64,000 nucleotides of DNA, taken from the IMG/VR virus record IMGVR_UViG_3300034418_007766, positions 1-64,000 of that record; one strand, given 5' to 3'. The stretch is from a virus. Under the pieces are notes generated by a model. The model saw only the letters and a program-made list of their open reading frames with translations. It was not told the origin of the DNA and searched no databases. Positions 18,737 to 26,849 of the stretch are shown here, one piece after another. Numbering within the stretch: the first letter of the stretch is position 1; each line of letters starts with the position of its first letter. A program made the translations under genes and the position numbers.

Positions 18737-19236
18737 CTATCAAAGCAAGTGACCTGTAGTGTAAATCTATGCTCAATTCCCATGTTATATGCAGCATGTG
18801 GTGCACTACCAGTCCAACTAATCCAATCACCTTTTTTCCAATTGCATAAACAGGTATCTTCTACATGGAAATAGTGACCTAGTTTGCAATCTTCTAAAAA
18901 TACAATATAACGTGTAATAGTGTTTACATCAGTGATATTGTGTATTTTCATAAAGTTTGCATACATGTCTTTATGCAATGGTAATATATTAGCAGGAGGT
19001 GTTCTATAAAATGCTACTTCGTGATGGTCGTGTTTTGGAAGTTGTGCAACAACATCTTTGTAGAATTCTGGCATGATGTCTTTAGGACCTACATAGACAT
19101 CGTTATTAATAATCACTTTGTATGGATCGTGTCCATACATAATATACTCATCACCGCCATAGCCTCCTGCACTTTCATAAGGTAAACTATAAAATTGTTG
19201 GTCTTGCCAGCATGGCTTAATGTGTCCTTGTTGCAT
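18733..19236 (-). CDS. cupin/2OG-Fe(II)-type oxygenase-like protein
   Basis: PLHKD ... W..GD...W.G..PH...N.G; paralog of 4766..5380. Confidence 0.65.
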   Translation of the reverse strand: MQQGHIKPCWQDQQFYSLPYESAGGYGGDEYIMYGHDPYKVIINNDVYVGPKDIMPEFYKDVVAQLPKHDHHEVAFYRTPPANILPLHKDMYANFMKIHNITDVNTITRYIVFLEDCKLGHYFHVEDTCLCNWKKGDWISWTGSAPHAAYNMGIEHRFTLQVTCFDR

Positions 19237-19258
19237 ATTCTAACTCCTACTGTATTAC

Positions 19259-19522
19259 TTATTCTTTGTCATAGCCAGTAGTGGCAACAATGGTTTCTAA
19301 ATCTTCAAATTCGTCTTGATGGCGTGACCAATCATTCTTTTGTGCAACTTTTATTGCTTTGTTGATTAGACTTGGTTTTACATTCAGTTCTTCGGCGACT
19401 GCTTTAACAGTTTCTTTTAATCCGCCTTGTAGATCTTCAATTTCTTGTAATACAGTAACGCCTTCTTTAATTAGTCGTTCTAGTTTGGCTTTTTCTTCAG
19501 CGCCATATACTCTATCGCTCAT
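19259..19522 (-). CDS. dsDNA-binding protein (T4 DsbA/GapR-like)
   Basis: 87 aa helical protein, L..LI.E...L.EIEDL...LKE..K...EEL pattern. Confidence 0.6.
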   Translation of the reverse strand: MSDRVYGAEEKAKLERLIKEGVTVLQEIEDLQGGLKETVKAVAEELNVKPSLINKAIKVAQKNDWSRHQDEFEDLETIVATTGYDKE

Positions 19523-19545
19523 ATATTACTCCTTATTTTTATACG

Positions 19546-19574
19546 ATTATATACGATTATATGCGATAAGTCAA
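19546..19574 (-). promoter_or_regulatory. sigma70-like promoter overlapping a 10-bp tandem repeat
   Basis: Minus strand TTGACT-N17-TATAAT; plus strand ATACGATTAT x2 then ATGCGATAAG; AAGGAG RBS. Confidence 0.75.
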
Positions 19575-19577
19575 TGA

Positions 19578-19760
19578 TTACTTTTTGATAGGAACACAGT
19601 TATCCACACGCTTGCCACCTTTCATTTTGGTGCCCATGCGCTTGTAGCCTTTCCAGCATACTTTTCCATCTACGCCTTTTTGCTTTTCTTCAGGCAGTAT
19701 AGTATAGCTAGGTTTGCCACATTCTGGACAAGTATTGTTTGTTACTTCCATAATTTTCAT
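19578..19760 (-). CDS. small basic protein, putative internal virion protein
   Basis: MKIMEV N-terminus, CPEC, C-terminal CWKGYK..GTK.KGGK.VDNCV module. Confidence 0.6.
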   Translation of the reverse strand: MKIMEVTNNTCPECGKPSYTILPEEKQKGVDGKVCWKGYKRMGTKMKGGKRVDNCVPIKK

Positions 19761-20029
19761 TATTTTGATCCTTTTTTCTTTGCCATTTTTGTTGCTGTTG
19801 CATACATTACAGCCTTAGCATCTTTGCCATATCGTTTTTCAAAATCGCCTTTGGATTTTTTCATACCTTTGACGTATTTTTCTTTTTTCTTTTCTTCGCC
19901 TTTAGTTAGTGTTCTTTCTGGAGTAGGTTCATCTTTATTCAAAGCACTAGGAGCAAACGCTGCACTTTTAGCTGCGCTTCTTGCTGCCATTTTTTTGATT
20001 GCTTTTTTTGCTAGATGTGTAGCAGCCAT
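19760..20029 (-). CDS. basic protein, probably the -1 frameshift extension of 20068..20670
   Basis: Frame is open upstream to the A9 tract (KSEKVDEILPALAWTAGR); ERTLT...RYG...VMYATATKMAK module. Confidence 0.6.
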   Translation of the reverse strand: MAATHLAKKAIKKMAARSAAKSAAFAPSALNKDEPTPERTLTKGEEKKKEKYVKGMKKSKGDFEKRYGKDAKAVMYATATKMAKKKGSK

Positions 20030-20067
20030 TCTACCAGCAGTCCATGCAAGTGCTGGTAAAATCTCGT

Positions 20068-20670
20068 CTACTTTTTCACTCTTTTTTTTTGAAAATCTTC
20101 GCTGAGTTTTGACTTATATGATTTTACATCTTCGTCGCTCATTGTAAACTTGTGACTTTCAGTAGCAATAGGTGAATTATCATAGTCAAGTGTGTGATAA
20201 ACCGAACCAATGTAATCTGCTGCTTTGGTAATTTTGCTCTGCATCCAGCCTTCAATGCCTTCTGCTTCACTTACACCTTTGAGCATTTCGTGTAGTTTGA
20301 TAGAATACTTTGCAATTTTATATAGTTCTGCTCTAGCCATTTGCACTTCGTGATCACGTTCTGCAATATCAGCCATATCTGCAAGTCCTTCACTAACAGC
20401 TTCAGCAGCCGGCTCTGCTTTTACTTTATTGATTAACGACTGTATAATTTCTTTGCTCATACCTGTAATTTTCATCACATCGTTGAGATTCTTTGGACCA
20501 AAATTTGCACCGTAATTGGTAAGTGTATCACCTAAACGTGATAGTGCATTTGCCATCATAAGTGTGTTGTCATCAGTTCCTGTCATGTTGGAACTCATAT
20601 CAATCATTTTACGACCCATTGCAGCAATGCTTCTGTGCTTTGGATCCATTTCGTGGTTTTCGTTAGTCAT
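20068..20670 (-). CDS. putative internal virion protein
   Basis: DHEVQMARAEL...EGWMQSKITKAADY module; TAAATA late promoter and GGAG RBS upstream. Confidence 0.65.
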   Translation of the reverse strand: MTNENHEMDPKHRSIAAMGRKMIDMSSNMTGTDDNTLMMANALSRLGDTLTNYGANFGPKNLNDVMKITGMSKEIIQSLINKVKAEPAAEAVSEGLADMADIAERDHEVQMARAELYKIAKYSIKLHEMLKGVSEAEGIEGWMQSKITKAADYIGSVYHTLDYDNSPIATESHKFTMSDEDVKSYKSKLSEDFQKKRVKK

Positions 20671-20689
20671 AGTATTCTCCGGTTACTAC

Positions 20690-20695
20690 TATTTA
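20690..20695 (-). promoter_or_regulatory. putative late promoter TAAATA
   Basis: ATAAATAG 19 nt upstream of ATG 20670. Confidence 0.55.
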
Positions 20696-21259
20696 TCTGT
20701 TTTTCTTTTTTGCTTTGCGTTTTGGTGCAACACCTCTACGCCTCATATCACCTATAGGCATAGCAACAGAAGCAACTGCTCCAGAAACATTCTCGTTTAT
20801 GTTTTCTTGATACTTAGCAACTAAATCGTCGCCTTTTTTCATAAAAAACTTTTGAAGTGCTACTGCACCAAGGATAAGAGCAACTGCCATGCCTATTTCA
20901 AATTTATTATCAATCAGCATTTGAGCATATTTTTCACCAATAACGCTTACTACCCAATCCCAACCTTGGTCAATATAATAGGCTGCTGTTGCTCCTATTG
21001 CTATTTTACCCATATGTCTTTTTATTACCCATCTTAATACTGGCCATGCTGCTCTTCTCGCTGAGTAATTTAATATCCACATAACTGCTGCATATATTGC
21101 AGGTGCTATTTCGTCTAATTGTTGATCTTCGCCAACCAATCTTCCACGCATAGGATGAGGTGTTTCATTACCACCGGGTTTTCTAAGTTTAGGAGCAGGT
21201 TCTTTTCCTCTAACTTTATCAGCGTTTACTCCCCCACCTGTAATTTCACGCAATTTCAT
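20693..21259 (-). CDS. putative internal virion protein with hydrophobic segments
   Basis: MKLREIT N-terminus, PHPMRGRLVGE, LDEIAPAI, hydrophobic helices. Confidence 0.6.
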   Translation of the reverse strand: MKLREITGGGVNADKVRGKEPAPKLRKPGGNETPHPMRGRLVGEDQQLDEIAPAIYAAVMWILNYSARRAAWPVLRWVIKRHMGKIAIGATAAYYIDQGWDWVVSVIGEKYAQMLIDNKFEIGMAVALILGAVALQKFFMKKGDDLVAKYQENINENVSGAVASVAMPIGDMRRRGVAPKRKAKKKNR

Positions 21260-21447
21260 TTGCTTCTCCTAATAGATAAGATTTTAGTATCAGGACCATA
21301 CTGTGCCATTATTTGCTTTTTAGCCTCAATAGCATTACGTGCATTAGTCTGCACTTTTATAGCCTGCGAATAGAACTTCTGTCTAATACGTAGGTCAGCA
21401 ACAAATAAAAAGAACGGCGGTGCCTTAAATGTCTCTCTTAGTCTCAT
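21256..21447 (-). CDS. small putative internal virion protein
   Basis: MRLRETF start at 21447, 5 nt downstream of TAAATA (21453..21458). Confidence 0.55.
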   Translation of the reverse strand: MRLRETFKAPPFFLFVADLRIRQKFYSQAIKVQTNARNAIEAKKQIMAQYGPDTKILSIRRSK

Positions 21448-21448
21448 G

Positions 21449-21754
21449 TTAGTATTTAGCCCAATCAAATAACTTTACTTTTTCTTCAGGTTCTTCGAGT
21501 GTGTGTCCGCCTTCCATCAAACTCCATTCAAGTGCAGTATAACGAGGTTGTGTGTCTTCTGTCATTCCTAGATTAAACAAAACATTTGTTTTTTTACCTT
21601 TGACATTGTTTTTATGTGTTGGTGGTTTACCGTCTTTGTCTACTTTGAAGCCAAATTTAGCTGCTTCAATACTTGTTTGATTGACCCCAACATCAGCTGT
21701 AGTGTTTACACCTTTTACAATTCTGCCATCTTCAAACAAGTCAGACATTTTCAT
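21449..21754 (-). CDS. putative internal virion protein
   Basis: MKMSDLFE N-terminus; GRIVKGVNTT.DV and W..MEGGH modules. Confidence 0.6.
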   Translation of the reverse strand: MKMSDLFEDGRIVKGVNTTADVGVNQTSIEAAKFGFKVDKDGKPPTHKNNVKGKKTNVLFNLGMTEDTQPRYTALEWSLMEGGHTLEEPEEKVKLFDWAKY

Positions 21755-21963
21755 TTTTTACGTCCTCTAAATTGCACTGGTCCTGTCATATGAGGTAAAC
21801 TAAACCATAGTTTAAACCAATCTGGGTCGCCAGGCTTAATGCCTTTTTTCTTTTCAATCTTTCTTTTTTCAGCAGCGGCAGCACTAATGTTCTCAGGAGT
21901 ATATTCAGTATATCCTTTGAATTCATTTATCCCCGCCAGCTTCTTTAGATCTTCTATATTCAT
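21751..21963 (-). CDS. small putative internal virion protein
   Basis: MNIEDLKKLAGINE start at 21963; IKPGDPDWFKLWFS.P motif. Confidence 0.6.
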   Translation of the reverse strand: MNIEDLKKLAGINEFKGYTEYTPENISAAAAEKRKIEKKKGIKPGDPDWFKLWFSLPHMTGPVQFRGRKK

Positions 21964-22144
21964 TCCAGTATTTGTTTCTTTCGTTTGTGCTTGTTCTATT
22001 TGCTTCGTGTTCTTTATACTTTGCAATGTAATGTGACCATTCTATGTCGTCAACACTCATATCTTCGTGTTCTCTCCACGTTATACTATACCCATCTGGA
22101 TATAGATCTACTACTTTTTCTTCCCGCCCTTCATGTTTGCGCAC
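21923..22144 (-). CDS. hypothetical protein (start uncertain)
   Basis: 73 aa ORF filling the gap; may start at MSVDD. Confidence 0.4.
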   Translation of the reverse strand: MRKHEGREEKVVDLYPDGYSITWREHEDMSVDDIEWSHYIAKYKEHEANRTSTNERNKYWNEYRRSKEAGGDK

Positions 22145-24141
22145 CAGTGATACATCCTCGCTTTTTCACCTGAGCTGTTTTTTGCTCTTTTACGTAATGC
22201 TGTAACACTACCGTTACAACTAGCACCAGCACGTTTTACACGCCCTGGTCTGCTTTTACCTTTTTTTTTACCGTCTGCAAAGTTTTCTTTTACACTTTCC
22301 GGAACATCATCACGCCAAGTTAAATCTTTTGGGTCTGCGATTACTGCACGTATCTTATCTACACCTGCTTTTTTATGAGCAAAGTATCTATGATGTCCGT
22401 CGACAATTAGTAACTTACCTTCGTGTGGCACAATTACAATAGGCTTAACTTTTTCACCTGCTTTAATCTTATCAACAAACCTCATCATGTTGTCGTGATT
22501 GTCTTTGGGATCCATTTTATCAGCAGGTTCAAACGGTGTTAGTTTAGATATGTCTACTATTTTTACTGGTTGCTTTTTATAATATTTGTCATCAACGTCT
22601 GCGCCTTGATACTCGGGATTAGTCCACATAGTTATTTCTGCGCCTTCGTTTTTCTTACCATCAGCAAAGTTTTCATTCAATCCAAGTTCGTCAACCATTA
22701 TTTCTAACGCTGAATCTACATCATTTAAGCCATTTTCTTCTTTTGTGCGCTCATACCAACTTCTTACAAAGTTTGATGCTGCGTGTCCATAAGTATCCGG
22801 AGCCATCATCATTTGATAAAGAACTTGATCAGGTGCTTCTCGTTGAGACTTTACAAATTTTCTAAGACTATCTAGTTGTGAACTTTCACTGTGTATTTCT
22901 GGATGATCAACAGAACCGCCAATGTCTTTAACTTTTAATCCTAGTCTTGCTGCTAATTTAAGAAATACTTCTTTTTCTTTATCACTAGCAAAAGTAATAA
23001 CCATATCGCTGTCACCTTGACCAAACTCTCTTGGATCAGCTTTGTTTAATGTTGGAAAGTGTTGACCAATTTTATACCAGTCCAAATCACCTGGAGTATC
23101 TATAACAAGTGTATTCTTAGGCATACTTAACAAATCATCATGTCCTACATGATTGTTATATGATTTTTCATTATATGCTTTGTCTGTTGCTGCTTTTGCT
23201 TTGGCAGCATCTGGATGTTTAGGGTTGATAGTAACTACTTCGCCATTTATTAGTTCAGAAAAGTTTGCTGCTTTTCCTAATTTATTTAACAACTGATGTA
23301 ATTTGTCAGTAAGGTCTGTTTTAATTTCATAGTTTGGTTTGCCACGAACCTCTGTGCGATTTCCGGTTTTAGTGTCTACAATGTGTAGAACATCCATTTC
23401 TTTCCCACGCTCTAGTTGTAGCTTGTATGCTTCGTTTGTTGTTTTACTTTTCCAAGCATCTTTATCACCTTTAGCTGCTGCTTTTCTTCTAGCAGAAATT
23501 TTATCTTGTATACTTGGTTCAAACTTTTCTGGTTTCTTTTTAGTAGTTGCACGTTTAGGGTGCTTTGTTACAAAGCCTAATATTTCAGTAATGCCCATTC
23601 CTTTTCTAACATCGGTAAACATTTGCTGTGCTATTTTTGGATTAGCAACGCCTTGTTTGAAACTATCAAAGTCACCTGCTGCTGCCGCTGCTCTCATTTT
23701 ACTTGCACTCATGCCTTCTGCACCTTCAGCATCTGGATCGCGTTCGCCTGCACTCACAACATCTATTTTATTGAAGTTATATTCTTTACCATTGTATTGG
23801 TTTATAAGTTTTGTAAAATCTTCTATTCTATCACTTCCAGCAACATAGATAATACTATCATAACCCATGCTTTCTATTTTTTGTAATGCTTGTATAATTG
23901 TTTTTACATCACTACTACCAACTGTTACATTTGGAAAACTTGCTTTTGCATATTTTAGTTTATCTGCAAAACTAAGTGGATCTGTTTTTGGCTTTTGACT
24001 TTGACTTACAAAAATAAATGAATCACCTGGTAGGCTTGCAACTTTGTCTGCAAGTTTTTTGTGTCCTATTGTAGGAGGATTCATACGTCCAAATGCTAGA
24101 ACTGCTGTTTTTGGTGCTTCTTTAATATCTTTAAATTTCAT
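22111..24141 (-). CDS. multidomain protein: HIGH-type nucleotidyltransferase, several small modules, ParB/Srx-like domain, basic tail
   Basis: AFGRMNPPTIGH, GSDR, SASKMR; PIVI...IVDGHHRY; ENFADGKK occurs twice; start MKFKDIKE at 24141 (ATGA overlap). Confidence 0.75.
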   Translation of the reverse strand: MKFKDIKEAPKTAVLAFGRMNPPTIGHKKLADKVASLPGDSFIFVSQSQKPKTDPLSFADKLKYAKASFPNVTVGSSDVKTIIQALQKIESMGYDSIIYVAGSDRIEDFTKLINQYNGKEYNFNKIDVVSAGERDPDAEGAEGMSASKMRAAAAAGDFDSFKQGVANPKIAQQMFTDVRKGMGITEILGFVTKHPKRATTKKKPEKFEPSIQDKISARRKAAAKGDKDAWKSKTTNEAYKLQLERGKEMDVLHIVDTKTGNRTEVRGKPNYEIKTDLTDKLHQLLNKLGKAANFSELINGEVVTINPKHPDAAKAKAATDKAYNEKSYNNHVGHDDLLSMPKNTLVIDTPGDLDWYKIGQHFPTLNKADPREFGQGDSDMVITFASDKEKEVFLKLAARLGLKVKDIGGSVDHPEIHSESSQLDSLRKFVKSQREAPDQVLYQMMMAPDTYGHAASNFVRSWYERTKEENGLNDVDSALEIMVDELGLNENFADGKKNEGAEITMWTNPEYQGADVDDKYYKKQPVKIVDISKLTPFEPADKMDPKDNHDNMMRFVDKIKAGEKVKPIVIVPHEGKLLIVDGHHRYFAHKKAGVDKIRAVIADPKDLTWRDDVPESVKENFADGKKKGKSRPGRVKRAGASCNGSVTALRKRAKNSSGEKARMYHWCANMKGGKKK

Positions 24142-25223
24142 GACGGTGTCCACCTTGCTCTTGGCACAAGTTTTGTCTTGCTTCCTAATGCAACATAGCC
24201 TTCGCCGCCTTTTTCGCCCTTGGTGCTTTGTTTTACATCTGCTGGAGCATCATCTAATTGTTGTATAATATCGTCTTTAGTTGCCATTATTTGTTTTACT
24301 AGACTGAATATTGCAGGTAGTGCTTTTGGATTTTGATCATTCATTGCTGCAATTTTTTGTTGTTTGTTTGCACTTACTTTGCTTGTTTCTAGCCAATTAA
24401 AAAAGTTTTTATCCAACTGTTGTAGATTACCTGCTCTACTGGTTTGGTTAACATATGTATAAATTATATTTTTCATATCACCTAACCCTGCAACAGGTGC
24501 TAAGAAACTGTCAATAGCTTTAGCATGGGTGTTTGCATACTTTCTAATCTTATCTACATTACCAGTATCTACATTTGGTTGATGTGTTACATATGTCTGT
24601 CCTAATACTACTGCATCATTATTGTTAAATGCTTTTACATCACTAATAGGTGTTCCACTATTATCACCAAAGTTGTCATATTTGGTATGCACAACAACTC
24701 CCACTTGACTGTTGCCAATACGTTTGCCTAAATTGCTGCTAGGATCTACTGTATAGGTAACAAGGTTAGGTGTAAATTGATATCCACTATCAGTTTTTAT
24801 TACCGGCTTTCCTGGATGGTATAAAATATCTCCATATATATAACCACGGAAGTTAGGATCAGTAGCATTTTTCATTACATTAAAAATTGCACTCATTTCG
24901 TTTGCAAATCTATCACGCCACTCTTCGCCTTTGCCTGTATTTCTAATAAAATTACTTAGATTGTCTGCACTATAACTTTTGTTACGACCCCAACCGTTTT
25001 TGCCAACCAAGACAAAACGCCCATCTGGTTCACGCCCCCAATACATTGTAGGATATCCGTCCCATTTAATAGCAACATCTCCTGAGTCACTACCGAGTTT
25101 GTCTAGTATGTCTGCTGCTTTTTGTGCACCGGCACTGCCATCTACGAAAACAAGATCTTCAAGATGCTGGTATTCTCTGCCTACTTTAGCTTCTGTAAGT
25201 ATCTTGAATTCTCTGTAACGCAT
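24138..25223 (-). CDS. ATP-dependent ligase-like nucleotidyltransferase (DUF6267-like)
   Basis: HLEDL, KWDG (KxDG motif I), GDIL, FTPN..TY, GEGYV and KLV.R. Confidence 0.65.
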   Translation of the reverse strand: MRYREFKILTEAKVGREYQHLEDLVFVDGSAGAQKAADILDKLGSDSGDVAIKWDGYPTMYWGREPDGRFVLVGKNGWGRNKSYSADNLSNFIRNTGKGEEWRDRFANEMSAIFNVMKNATDPNFRGYIYGDILYHPGKPVIKTDSGYQFTPNLVTYTVDPSSNLGKRIGNSQVGVVVHTKYDNFGDNSGTPISDVKAFNNNDAVVLGQTYVTHQPNVDTGNVDKIRKYANTHAKAIDSFLAPVAGLGDMKNIIYTYVNQTSRAGNLQQLDKNFFNWLETSKVSANKQQKIAAMNDQNPKALPAIFSLVKQIMATKDDIIQQLDDAPADVKQSTKGEKGGEGYVALGSKTKLVPRARWTPS

Positions 25224-25576
25224 TAATACTCCTTGTTACGGAAGGCTTCTTTTTCTGCGTTTAGTAATCTACTTGCACATTCCATTTTATCGGCATCAGA
25301 CATAAGTTCTTCGTGACGTTTAGGAATATTATATTCTGCACAATAAGATTCACATGCCTTTTCTATCATTGGAAACAATGACTTTTTACTGAATTTACCA
25401 CCGTTTTGAACTTTTTCTTGCACATCACACATTGCAGGATATGTATTTTTTCTATAGAAGTTGCTGTCATTGCGCATGTATGATAAAACATCTTCAATAA
25501 CATCAAAAGGAAGTTCGTCTCCAATTTTTAATTGGTTAACGGACTTCTTATCAAATATTTCATTGATCATTACCAT
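25223..25576 (-). CDS. hypothetical protein, putative internal virion protein
   Basis: MVMINEIFD start at 25576; ND..FYRK..YP motif. Confidence 0.6.
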   Translation of the reverse strand: MVMINEIFDKKSVNQLKIGDELPFDVIEDVLSYMRNDSNFYRKNTYPAMCDVQEKVQNGGKFSKKSLFPMIEKACESYCAEYNIPKRHEELMSDADKMECASRLLNAEKEAFRNKEY

Positions 25577-26127
25577 TTTCTGCAACTCCAATAACGAGCT
25601 TTTGTTCTTGGTCCTGGATTATCACAATTATGTCTAGCACGGAATGAACGTCTACGTGCTGGATTGGACTTTTTAATTTTCATGTTAGGATCGCCAAAGT
25701 TTACTTTTTTAATGTTTTTTGTTTTAGGATCTCTTACATACACTTTAAACTTTTTAACATCGCCACGCATTGGTTTGCCTAGTGAAACTTTGCGTCCTTG
25801 ATATTCTGCTTCGTCTAAATCGTCATCTTCGTTGAACCACATAACACCATATGCTTCAAAAAACTCATCTCCATCATATGTTTCTTCATCAATAGCTTGT
25901 TCGTTGTGAATCATTTCAATATCAAAGTCTTCATGACCTTGTTCAAACATATAGTTTGCTAAACGATTTGCATATTCGTCAGATTCTTCTTCACTTAACT
26001 CTTTAGGTAGAGGTAGTTCAATATATGAAATATTGTTGTTTTCGTAGATGTTTTGTTCTGTCCAAATGCTTTCGTCGATCTGGATGTTGTCAGTTTTTTC
26101 CATGACAATTCTTACAAAGTGTTCCAT
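25570..26127 (-). CDS. acidic-basic bipartite protein, putative internal virion protein
   Basis: Acidic N-half, then LDEAEYQGRKV...VNFGDPNM...SFRARHNC...ARYWSC basic module; TAAATA at 26152..26157 upstream. Confidence 0.7.
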   Translation of the reverse strand: MEHFVRIVMEKTDNIQIDESIWTEQNIYENNNISYIELPLPKELSEEESDEYANRLANYMFEQGHEDFDIEMIHNEQAIDEETYDGDEFFEAYGVMWFNEDDDLDEAEYQGRKVSLGKPMRGDVKKFKVYVRDPKTKNIKKVNFGDPNMKIKKSNPARRRSFRARHNCDNPGPRTKARYWSCRKW

Positions 26128-26150
26128 GATAAGTCCTTAACTAGTATATA

Positions 26151-26849
26151 CTATTTATCTATATCATCTTTGTAGACTAATTTATCGACTCTGCTAATAT
26201 TATCGCCACATATAAGTTGTATCATGAACAATACTTTTTCATCTCTAACAAATATATACTGTCCTTTGATCCAACGTGCTTGTTCTAATAGATTATCAAG
26301 CAATACAGGACCGCAACGAGCCTTATCAGCGTTTGCAATCAACCATTTACCTAATTCTTTAGTAGCCGGTTTGCGGCCAAATGTAACTTTCAGTTTATAG
26401 TATACAGGTTTGTCACTAATAATAACGTTGGTGTTGTTCATTAAAAAATTTATACTTTCAGGATCAGGCTCCCAGAATTGTTCACAATTTTCTAATGCTG
26501 TAAACTTTTTAATAAATGATAAATTGTTACTGTAAATGTTTAGTGTGCTATATTCGCATCTAACAAGATAATCTTTGCAATTTATCAAATATCTATAAAT
26601 TTTTTGACAGTTTAAGAAATCAGTTAAGGTAATAGTTTCTTCAGTTCTCCAAGATTTTTTAAGTAAAGGTTTACCTTGTTTGTGCAATTCACTATACTTA
26701 AAAAGCTCACTACTTGCATAAGTCAAATTGCCTTTACGTTGCAATTCTGTTCTGAATATATGTGCCAATTGCGAACGCATTGAAACCTTATATAGATATT
26801 TGCCATAGTGTAATTTTTTTGTTTCAAATTTCTTCACAGATGTGTGCAT
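26151..26849 (-). CDS. hypothetical protein
   Basis: Likely start MHTSV at 26849, overlapping the clpA end. Confidence 0.65.
   Translation of the reverse strand: MHTSVKKFETKKLHYGKYLYKVSMRSQLAHIFRTELQRKGNLTYASSELFKYSELHKQGKPLLKKSWRTEETITLTDFLNCQKIYRYLINCKDYLVRCEYSTLNIYSNNLSFIKKFTALENCEQFWEPDPESINFLMNNTNVIISDKPVYYKLKVTFGRKPATKELGKWLIANADKARCGPVLLDNLLEQARWIKGQYIFVRDEKVLFMIQLICGDNISRVDKLVYKDDIDK

Noticed and set aside
22261-22269. Second A9 tract (GGT AAA AAA AAA GGT) as a frameshift site
   Set aside because: The zero frame continues through an intact-looking basic module to its stop, so no shift is needed to explain the region.
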